Shown in pieces: positions 1-7,471 of a DNA stretch of 46,681 bases (position 1 is the stretch's first letter; each line of letters begins with the position of its first letter). The notes under the pieces are model-generated. The model searched no databases, was not told the origin of the DNA, and worked only from the letters and a program-made list of their open reading frames with translations. The stretch is from positions 1-46,681 of the forward strand of contig JBGOZE010000003.1 in assembly GCA_041479965.1 (NCBI GenBank). The letters are read 5' to 3'. This DNA is from Candidatus Nanoarchaeia archaeon. GTDB taxonomy: Archaea; Nanobdellota; Nanobdellia; Woesearchaeales; SM23-78. A program made the translations under genes and the position numbers.

Positions 1-618
1 ATGAAAATGAACATGCATCTACTAATCGGATTATTCTTGATAAGCGCAATGCTTATTCTCAGCAGCACTGCCAGTAGCTTCACCATCACGCAGGTGACAG
101 AACTGAAGGACACAACCATCGAGTTTGTCCCTTACAGGGAGATTGTCGTCAATGAAGGAGTGGTCTACCAGATAAAGCTGACCAACACCGGCGACAAGGA
201 AAAGATCTATGAAATCACCCCTGACGCTGCAACCATACATAAATTAGGAACCTACAGGATGGACCCTTCTGACACGATAACACTTGAGCCTGGTAAGCAA
301 GAGACAGTCTACCTATACCTTTCTGTTGAAAATTCAGAGAACGCAAGGACAGTGATACCTATGAAGATAGAATCAGGGTCTTCAGAGACCACCATCGAGC
401 TCGTCGCAAGGCCCATCGGCCCATTTTTGCAGGCGAAGGAGCAACCCAAGACCAACCTGCTCAGGGAGCTTTTCAAGATAGTGCTCGCCATCCTTCTCGT
501 GATTGTGATTCTCATCGCAATAATCCTCGGCTTCAGGAAGATAAGGAAGAAGAAGGAAGAAGAGACAGAGGAAGAGCTGAAGCCTGATTTTGAAGAGGAA
601 GTCGAGACCTACTACTGA
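1..618 (+). CDS. Secreted, membrane-anchored protein with one Ig-like domain
   Basis: N-terminal signal peptide, beta-rich domain (IKLTNTG...TLEPGKQETVYLYL), C-terminal TM helix followed by a basic then acidic tail. Confidence 0.75.
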   Translation: MKMNMHLLIGLFLISAMLILSSTASSFTITQVTELKDTTIEFVPYREIVVNEGVVYQIKLTNTGDKEKIYEITPDAATIHKLGTYRMDPSDTITLEPGKQETVYLYLSVENSENARTVIPMKIESGSSETTIELVARPIGPFLQAKEQPKTNLLRELFKIVLAILLVIVILIAIILGFRKIRKKKEEETEEELKPDFEEEVETYY

Positions 619-672
619 TTATCTTTTCATGTTAGTTTCAGGATAATAAAAAAATGTATAGGGGGAGTTGAT

Positions 673-3078
673 ATGAGAAAAATGCTTAATATAAAATTTG
701 TTTTGTTAATTGTAATGCTTGCAGTGCTTATGAGCCCTGTGCAGGCAGCATTGATAGTCAATAAAGTCACAGACGAGTTCTCGCTGGAAAGCCCTTATCC
801 TGTGGATAATGTGAAAGCCTGCCAGTGCAGCCAGAGAGCAGACATCCTGGAGATCAAGAACATAGGAGATTTCAAGGCATTATTCAGAGTAGAGATATAC
901 TCCCCTGTAAAAGATATCATCACTCTGAGCGATGAAGCCTTCACTCTCAGCCCTGGAGATGAGAACAAAGTCTATGTTTATATCAAAGCTCCCTGTGACC
1001 AGCCTCTGAACGCATTCTATGTGGCCAGAGTCACTACGGATTATGGCAGGAGCAAGGAGATATACAAGGAAGTTGTCTCAAAGTCGTGCCAGAACATCAA
1101 GTATACCAGCCAGGTCATGAACACCAAAATCCTGCCAGGAGACATAGTCACCATCAAGATAGACCTGCAAAATGTTGCTGACTACACAGACACTTTCAAG
1201 ATCACACCAGACGCATATGCTGATTACACGGTGATCAGCGAGAAAGAAGTCAGCCTTGCACCTGATGAGACTAAAACCATCTACCTCTATGTCAAGTACC
1301 CTATATCATCCTATGGAAACATACTATACCCGTTCACCATCAGCTCTGAAAAAGGCAAGAACTCAGTGAAAGGAGTGGAGAGCTTCACCATAGAGAGAGA
1401 CTATGATTATACGCTCAAGACAGATGAGCTTGAAGTCAGCACTTGCGAAGATGTCACAAAAGAAATATCCATAACCTTCAAGAACTTGGCCAAGACCTCC
1501 AACAGGTACTATCTCCAGTTGACAGCGCCCGGATTCGTGAAGCTGAACCAGGATTCGGTTGTGCTCAAAGGAGAAGAGGAAGGCCAGGTCAAGCTCATAG
1601 TCAATCCCACTCAAAAAGATGTGGGTGAGTACAATCTGATGCTCAGCACCAGGACAGAGTACGGAGATATGCTCAAAGACAAGAACTTCAAGCTCAAAGT
1701 GAATGATTGCTTTGATTCCAAGGTCACACTTGCAGAATGGGAAGACCAGGTGACTGACAAGGCCTGCTGCGGGCACAAGACCTACACCCTCAACATCAGG
1801 AATGATGGGATGTATGAGGAAGCCTACGAAGTCATTGTGGACAGCCCGGGCTGGGTAAGTGTGAGCGAAGAGAACAGGTTTGTCAGAGTCAAGCCCAGCC
1901 AGAACGTCAACATCCCAGTCGACATCAATCTTCCATGCGTAGACGCAAAACAGACATCATTCGTGATGGTAAAGCAGCTAAAAGCACCTTACCAGAGCCA
2001 CGAGATAAAGGTGTCGCTTGAAAGCGTCAGCCCCAGGAGTTGCTACAACGTCGATCTTTTGCAGGACAAGTACAGGATCAATTATGATACCAACAGCATC
2101 TCCATGCTGCTCCAGAACAATGGGTTAAAAGGAGGCACCTACAAGCTGAAGCTAGGGGAGCTTGACTCAAGATTCGTCTATCTGGAAGAGGACACCATGG
2201 AGTTCCAGCCTGGCGAGATAAAAGTCGTGCACGTATACCCGAGGAATTATAGTGGTTACAACCAAGGAACCTATCTCAACAAGCTGACCCTGACAATGAC
2301 GCTTGTGGACCAGGACATCGACATAAGATATGATAGGCAGTTCTGGGTGGTGCTGAAAGACAAGAACTTCTTCACCAAAGCCATCGACTATGTGCTGAAC
2401 TTCAACTATTCGAGAATGGGCTGGTGCGGCCTAGTCACTTTGATATTGCTAGGATTAACAGTCCTGATGATTATCCTAGTGATATACCTAAGGTTCAAGA
2501 AAGACCTGAAAGTCAAGAGGATAAAGGCGAGCGTTATGAAGAAGATAAGGATAGTCAACATAGTCCTGATCCTGCTCTTGATACTAGGCATACTGACCTT
2601 GGTATTGATAGGCAGCCCTAACACAGGCAAATTCTATGAGGACTCAAAGAAAGAGCTCTTCAACTCATCACTATTCCATGAATGGAAACAGAACACACCT
2701 TACCAGATAGACATTGCCAAGTACTTCTCAGACCCTGACATGGACTCCTTGAAATTCACTTCAAGCCAGCCAGACCACATCGATGTCAGGATTGAAGGAA
2801 GCATCGCGACTCTCAGACCAGAGCATAACTGGGCAGGCGAGGAGAAGATTGTGTTCACAGCCAATGACAAGAAAGGAGGAGTGACAGATAGCCCATTGAT
2901 GACTCTGCGGGTGCTCAAGAAGCAGCCAGCGGGAATCCTGGCCTACTGGAACACCTTCTGCGTGCACATCAACCTGGTGCTGGTGATAATCCTAATCCTG
3001 CTGGTGCTCTTGCTCGTGGATGTTATCGAGGAGAAAGGATACAACCACTACAATCCCAACAAGAACAGGAAGAAATAG
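673..3078 (+). CDS. Large surface protein with about 5 Ig-like (COG1470-type) repeats, a cadherin-like domain and 3 TM helices
   Basis: Signal peptide; repeated xxNxG/xxNxA...L.PGE motifs; paired Cys; YFSDPDMD...NWAGEEKIVFTAND cadherin-like motif; GGGGAG RBS. Confidence 0.75.
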   Translation: MRKMLNIKFVLLIVMLAVLMSPVQAALIVNKVTDEFSLESPYPVDNVKACQCSQRADILEIKNIGDFKALFRVEIYSPVKDIITLSDEAFTLSPGDENKVYVYIKAPCDQPLNAFYVARVTTDYGRSKEIYKEVVSKSCQNIKYTSQVMNTKILPGDIVTIKIDLQNVADYTDTFKITPDAYADYTVISEKEVSLAPDETKTIYLYVKYPISSYGNILYPFTISSEKGKNSVKGVESFTIERDYDYTLKTDELEVSTCEDVTKEISITFKNLAKTSNRYYLQLTAPGFVKLNQDSVVLKGEEEGQVKLIVNPTQKDVGEYNLMLSTRTEYGDMLKDKNFKLKVNDCFDSKVTLAEWEDQVTDKACCGHKTYTLNIRNDGMYEEAYEVIVDSPGWVSVSEENRFVRVKPSQNVNIPVDINLPCVDAKQTSFVMVKQLKAPYQSHEIKVSLESVSPRSCYNVDLLQDKYRINYDTNSISMLLQNNGLKGGTYKLKLGELDSRFVYLEEDTMEFQPGEIKVVHVYPRNYSGYNQGTYLNKLTLTMTLVDQDIDIRYDRQFWVVLKDKNFFTKAIDYVLNFNYSRMGWCGLVTLILLGLTVLMIILVIYLRFKKDLKVKRIKASVMKKIRIVNIVLILLLILGILTLVLIGSPNTGKFYEDSKKELFNSSLFHEWKQNTPYQIDIAKYFSDPDMDSLKFTSSQPDHIDVRIEGSIATLRPEHNWAGEEKIVFTANDKKGGVTDSPLMTLRVLKKQPAGILAYWNTFCVHINLVLVIILILLVLLLVDVIEEKGYNHYNPNKNRKK

Positions 3079-3105
3079 GTAGCTCAGATAAATTATTTTA
3101 TGCTT

Positions 3106-3363
3106 TCAAGTAAATATCTCAATAAAGACCTTCTTGGCCATGGTCTCCTTGCGCTTGACGTTCTTGATGTTCCTTGCCAAGCCTGACAGCTCAAACACAT
3201 CCTTGACCCAATTATAGAAATCATTCTTCTGCTCGTTCACATGGAAAGAAAAAGAATCAGGATTCATGTTCCTTAGAGCATCAGGAAGCTCATTTATGGT
3301 CCTGACTACTGTACCATCACACACATAAAAGTACTTTTCCGGAGGTATTTCCGTGGTAATCAT
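3106..3363 (-). CDS. DUF5752-like small protein
   Basis: FYVCDG..V....EL..AL..M....F.FHVN..KNDF.NWV.DVF motif; TATA-like sequence about 25-30 nt upstream. Confidence 0.7.
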   Translation of the reverse strand: MITTEIPPEKYFYVCDGTVVRTINELPDALRNMNPDSFSFHVNEQKNDFYNWVKDVFELSGLARNIKNVKRKETMAKKVFIEIFT

Positions 3364-3455
3364 GGTCCTGTCCTTAGGATAGCTTGCTTATAAGCTTTTC
3401 TGTTGAGGTTTTTTTAGTAAGCTTTAAATAAGCCTCTTCTCCTCTATGGTAAGTC

Positions 3456-3560
3456 GGGGACGTAGTATAAACCAATTTGCCGCAAGGCAATGTGGGTACA
3501 GCCTGGCTAGAATAGTCGCCTCCAGAGCGACGGACGAGGGTTCAAATCCCTCCGTCCCCA
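3456..3560 (+). tRNA. tRNA-Trp(CCA) with a 31-nt D-loop intron (about 3471-3501, position 15/16)
   Basis: Acceptor GGGGACG/CGTCCCC-A; anticodon arm GTCGC-CTCCAGA-GCGAC; T arm GAGGG-TTCAAAT-CCCTC; central helix GTAT/GTAC with AAA and AGC bulges; TATA TTTAAATA at 3423. Confidence 0.9.
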
Positions 3561-3643
3561 TATCTTTTTGTTCTTATATTAAGAAACTTTTATAAATACA
3601 CTTAACTTAAGAGAGTGAGTAATAATTGATAAAGAAATAAAGG

Positions 3644-4288
3644 GTGGTCAAAATCGCATCAAAAGATTTCAACAAGGAGCTTTCAGGATATATCGGCAGA
3701 AGAAAAACAGGGAAAGGGTTGTTCTCCAAAGGCATAGGCATCAGGATTGGCGGGAAGAAGAAACAGCCTGCAGGCAAAGCCGCTGTGACAAAAGCCCCAG
3801 GAGTACAAGTAGAGTATAAACAGCCTAATTTCCTTTCCAAACTGTTCTCTTTCAGGAGAGGACTCATCAAGGAAGCTGGACAGTCAGAAGACCTTGGTCC
3901 TGAAGAGATGGCTAAGCTGCGAGGCATGGAAGACGAGATAGAGGACACAGAGAAGGAGATAGTTGAGAAGGAAGAAGAAGTCAAGGATATCAGAGAGAAA
4001 GAGGAAGTGCTCGTCGAGAAAAGAGAAGGCATGCTGACCAAGCTGTTCGGCAAGATGAATATCCTCAAGAGGAAGCGCATGAGCCAAGAAGCCCAGGAAG
4101 AGCCTGCTGAAAACGAGGTTGATGAGCCTGCGCTTGCAGAAGACGTGGTCGAAGTCATCAAGATAGCCCACAGATGGCTTAATGAGCTGCCTCCTGGCAA
4201 GAAGAGGAGCTTCAAGGCCAGTAGCGACTTCAAAAAGTACAAGGAAGTATTGGAGAAGTACGGTCTTGCAAGGGAGAAGAAGGAGTAA
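3644..4288 (+). CDS. Hypothetical highly charged coiled-coil protein
   Basis: GTG start, TATA near 3589, E/K-rich heptads, host-like codon usage. Confidence 0.7.
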   Translation: MVKIASKDFNKELSGYIGRRKTGKGLFSKGIGIRIGGKKKQPAGKAAVTKAPGVQVEYKQPNFLSKLFSFRRGLIKEAGQSEDLGPEEMAKLRGMEDEIEDTEKEIVEKEEEVKDIREKEEVLVEKREGMLTKLFGKMNILKRKRMSQEAQEEPAENEVDEPALAEDVVEVIKIAHRWLNELPPGKKRSFKASSDFKKYKEVLEKYGLAREKKE

Positions 4289-4293
4289 AGCCC

Positions 4294-4409
4294 CGCCGGC
4301 GTTGACTGCATAGCAGGCACAATCAAAATTGCAGTTGACAATTTTGTGTGCCAAGAACCAAACGGTTCTTGTCAACTCAAAAATGCTCGCATTTTTGTTG
4401 TTTGAGGCG
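4294..4409. repeat. Multi-hairpin palindromic element between convergent genes (possible bidirectional terminator or REP-like element)
   Basis: GTTGAC/GTCAAC, GGCACA/TGTGCC, CAAAATTG/CAATTTTG, CAAGAACC/GGTTCTTG, CAAAAATGC/GCATTTTTG. Confidence 0.65.
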
Positions 4410-4443
4410 CAATAAAATGTTCTATTTTATTTTATAAAATAGT

Positions 4444-5643
4444 CTATTTGCTCGTCATTATCTCGATAACATCATTGTTGTGCAGAGGAGCTTCCTTGGC
4501 TACGGGCTGCTTGGTCTTAAGGTTGATTGCTTTCACAAAATTATTTCCGATGTCTGTGTGAACTTTAAAAGCAAATTCATGGGCATTTATTCCTTTTGGA
4601 ACTAGGAAACAATCCGGCAATACCTTGCCGTCTTTGTCTGTAAGCTTGCTATTAGCAACTGGATAAACAGCTATTCTGTTGAGCAGTTCAAAAACTGCCT
4701 TGTTAAGGACATCCTCTACTCCTGTTGTACCCAGCTTGTTAAGGAGATTAGTTTTTATAAAATCCAAAGCTTTCTTCTGCCTATCATTAAGGCTTGCTTC
4801 ATTGATTATCTCGAACTTGTTGTCTCCAGGAATGTATTTTATCATGCCATGCTTTACTGCTTCTTTAAGCGCAAGCTCTGATTCTGCACTACAGGGAATA
4901 ATCATCTTGTCAGGAAACTCTTTTCTCAATCTCTCATAGTTCTCTCTTGCGCCAGGCACATCAATCTTATTGGCAGCAATAATCATTGGCTTGGTCTTTT
5001 TCCTAAGAAAAGATGCTAACCTGAACAGATCATCATTGCTCCAATTAATCACTATCTTGTCCTTGAGAGCTGTAACTTTAAGAGCCTCGACCATTAATTC
5101 TTCATCAACTCCAAGGCTTCCCAGCTGTTTTGCAAGCACATTCTGCACCTGAGACTGTTCTTGCTGGATCTGCCTTGCAAGCCTATCCCAGCCCTTCTTA
5201 AGAATGTCATGATACCAGTGGTCAAGCTCAACCTCTAAGAATCTTATATCACTTGCAGGGTCGCATGAGCCAGGACTAACAGGCTCGCCCCTCTCATTAG
5301 TGCAACCAGCAGTATCAATGACGTGGATAAGAGCATCTGCCTGGTTGAGATCATTCAAGAATTGGTTGCCCATGCCCTTGCCTTCGTGGGCTCCTGGAAC
5401 AAGGCCAGCAACATCAATTAGTTCAACAGGCACAAAACGATTATGCTCAACACAATAACCAAGCCTGGGTTTGCACTGAACATTAAAATCCTTGTCAACA
5501 CAAGGAATCTTGACAAAACCAATGCCATGATTAGGCTTGATAGTGACGAAAGGATAATTAGCAATAGCTACTTCTGCAAGAGTCATAGCTTTAAAGAAAG
5601 TGCTCTTACCGACATTAGCCTTACCAACGACCCCTATAATCAT
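4444..5643 (-). CDS. ychF: Archaeal YchF/Obg-family ATPase/GTPase with TGS domain
   Basis: GKANVGKST P-loop, NYPFVT, DVAGLV, GMGNQFL, NKID, C-terminal TGS (AFKVHTDIG). Confidence 0.93.
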   Translation of the reverse strand: MIIGVVGKANVGKSTFFKAMTLAEVAIANYPFVTIKPNHGIGFVKIPCVDKDFNVQCKPRLGYCVEHNRFVPVELIDVAGLVPGAHEGKGMGNQFLNDLNQADALIHVIDTAGCTNERGEPVSPGSCDPASDIRFLEVELDHWYHDILKKGWDRLARQIQQEQSQVQNVLAKQLGSLGVDEELMVEALKVTALKDKIVINWSNDDLFRLASFLRKKTKPMIIAANKIDVPGARENYERLRKEFPDKMIIPCSAESELALKEAVKHGMIKYIPGDNKFEIINEASLNDRQKKALDFIKTNLLNKLGTTGVEDVLNKAVFELLNRIAVYPVANSKLTDKDGKVLPDCFLVPKGINAHEFAFKVHTDIGNNFVKAINLKTKQPVAKEAPLHNNDVIEIMTSK

Positions 5644-5729
5644 CTCAAGGGGAAGAAATGATTAATCCTTCTTAAAGGTTTTCAAAAACCCATATTTTTT
5701 TATATAAGCACAGAATAACCAACTCTTAT

Positions 5730-5843
5730 ACGGCTGTGGTCTAACGGCATGATCGGAGCTTCCCATATGAGAACTAGAAAGTTCTAAACTTTTCACTCTC
5801 GTGAAAAGAGCTCTTGGCCCGGGTTCAATTCCCGGCAGCCGTA
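5730..5843 (+). tRNA. tRNA-Gly(CCC) with a 43-nt intron at 37/38 (5766-5808)
   Basis: Acceptor ACGGCTG/CAGCCGT-A; D arm GTCT..TGAT; GGAGC-TTCCCA^A-GCTCT; T arm CCGGG-TTCAATT-CCCGG; BHB flanked by ATGAGA/TCTCGT; TATA at about 5698. Confidence 0.85.
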
Positions 5844-5862
5844 TTCTTAATTTTTTTCAGAA

Positions 5863-6012
5863 TTACTCTTCCTCAGCAAACTGCTTGATGGCCTCGAAGT
5901 TCTCTACGATTAATTTGGCTTTTCCTCTGCCGAACTGGAACGGGAACTTGTCATTCTCGTCTCTCTTCATGATTATCATCTTGTTGCCTTTGAACTCGCC
6001 GTATTCAATCAA
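5863..6012 (-). CDS. 49-aa small protein not in the ORF track (MIEYGEFKGNKMIIMKRDENDKFPFQFGRGKAKLIVENFEAIKQFAEEE)
   Basis: TTG start with GAGGTGA RBS 4 nt upstream, host-like codon usage, compact beta-beta-beta-alpha pattern. Confidence 0.75.
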   Translation of the reverse strand: MIEYGEFKGNKMIIMKRDENDKFPFQFGRGKAKLIVENFEAIKQFAEEE

Positions 6013-6037
6013 AATTTCACCTCGATTCAATTTTGGT

Positions 6038-6063
6038 GTCGCAAAAATCTAGTTTTTTGCGAC
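6038..6063. repeat. Palindrome GTCGCAAAAA-TCTAGT-TTTTTGCGAC
   Basis: 10-bp perfect inverted repeat in the 5' region of the small minus-strand gene. Confidence 0.8.
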
Positions 6064-6195
6064 TATCATATTATCACCTATCACCTTATTTTGTGCTAAT
6101 ATCATCTGCGAGGAGTGGATTGGTTTTTAAAAGTTCCTGTTTTTCCGAATAAGCATTGATAAACTTAATAAAACAATGCTGTTTCCTTTGGGCCT

Positions 6196-7407
6196 ATGAA
6201 TGAGGAATCTGTCTGGGTGAGGAAGTACGCTCCTAAGAAGCTCATTGAGATTGGCGGCCTTGATAGCGCCATTGCCGAGCTGGGCAAGTTCGTCACTCGC
6301 TTCAAGAAAGGAAAAGCTCTTCTGCTTTATGGTGGTAGCGGCGGCGGTAAGACCAGCAGCGTCTATGCCTTGGCTCATGAGCTTGGCTATGAGTTGATTG
6401 AGATCAATGCCAGCGACACAAGGAATGCTGACCAGATAGATGCGCTTGTAGGCAATGCTTCCAAGCAGGCTAGTCTTTTCTTCAAGAGCAAAATAATCTT
6501 GGTTGATGAGCTCGACGGCATTGCTGGAAGAGAGGATAGGGGCGGAGTGCAGGCTATCCTGAAGCTCATATCTACCAGCTCTTTTCCAATAATACTCGTA
6601 GCCAATGACCCTTATACTGAGAAGCTTTCAAGCCTTAGGAAGAAATCGGTGATGCTGGAATTCCACACCCGGCATTACACTAGCATCCTCAAGATGCTCA
6701 AGGAAATCTGCTCTGCAGAGAAGATAAGGTATGATGAGGAATCCTTGACCGTGCTTGCCAGGAAATCTGGCGGAGACATGCGGGCAGCCATAAATGACCT
6801 GCAGAGCCTCACTGCTGATGACAGGAAGCTGACTAGAAAAGATATTGATGAATACGGGGAAAGGGACAAGACCGACACTATCATCCAGGCCTTGGTAAAG
6901 GTCTTCAAGACTACTGACGTTGATGTGGCTCTTAAAGCCTTTGACAATGTGGACGAGGATTTGGACAAGATATTCCTTTGGGTGGATGAGAACCTACCTC
7001 ATGAATATACTAAGCCTGCTGACCTGGCCAGAGGATTTGATGCTCTGAGCACTGCTGATGTTTTCAAAGGCAGGATTATGCGCTGGCAGTATTACAGGTT
7101 CTATGTTTATTGCTTCAACATGCTGAGCGCAGGCATTGCTCTTGCCAAGGACGAGAAATACAAGAGCTTTGTTAATTACAAGCCCACAACCAGGATTCTT
7201 AAGCTCTGGATGGCCAAGCAGAAGAACATGAAGAAGAAAGCCATATCTGAGAAAATTGGCGAGAAAACTCACACCAGCACCAAGAGAGCCTTGCAGGACA
7301 CTTTGCCCTATCTAAAGCCTATTTTCAAGCACCACAAGAAAGAGGCAGAGAAGCTGACTCATTATCTTGACCTGGATGATGAGCAGGTTGAGTGGCTGAA
7401 GAGATAG
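6196..7407 (+). CDS. rfcL: Replication factor C large subunit
   Basis: WVRKYAP, GGSGGGKT, EINASDTR, LVDELDG, GDMRAAINDLQ. Confidence 0.93.
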   Translation: MNEESVWVRKYAPKKLIEIGGLDSAIAELGKFVTRFKKGKALLLYGGSGGGKTSSVYALAHELGYELIEINASDTRNADQIDALVGNASKQASLFFKSKIILVDELDGIAGREDRGGVQAILKLISTSSFPIILVANDPYTEKLSSLRKKSVMLEFHTRHYTSILKMLKEICSAEKIRYDEESLTVLARKSGGDMRAAINDLQSLTADDRKLTRKDIDEYGERDKTDTIIQALVKVFKTTDVDVALKAFDNVDEDLDKIFLWVDENLPHEYTKPADLARGFDALSTADVFKGRIMRWQYYRFYVYCFNMLSAGIALAKDEKYKSFVNYKPTTRILKLWMAKQKNMKKKAISEKIGEKTHTSTKRALQDTLPYLKPIFKHHKKEAEKLTHYLDLDDEQVEWLKR

Positions 7408-7471
7408 AATAATTCTTGAACCATCATTTTTCCATTAACTTTATATAACCTTCTTGACTAATCATCGTCTT

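Noticed and set aside
3607-4375. Long antisense ORFs here and throughout (e.g. 40489-41190, 39676-40188, 7826-8401)
   Set aside because: Shadows of well-supported genes on the opposite strand, Ser/Leu/Phe-rich with no motifs
5801-6052. 83-aa plus-strand ORF
   Set aside because: Overlaps tRNA-Gly and is antisense to the better-supported 49-aa gene
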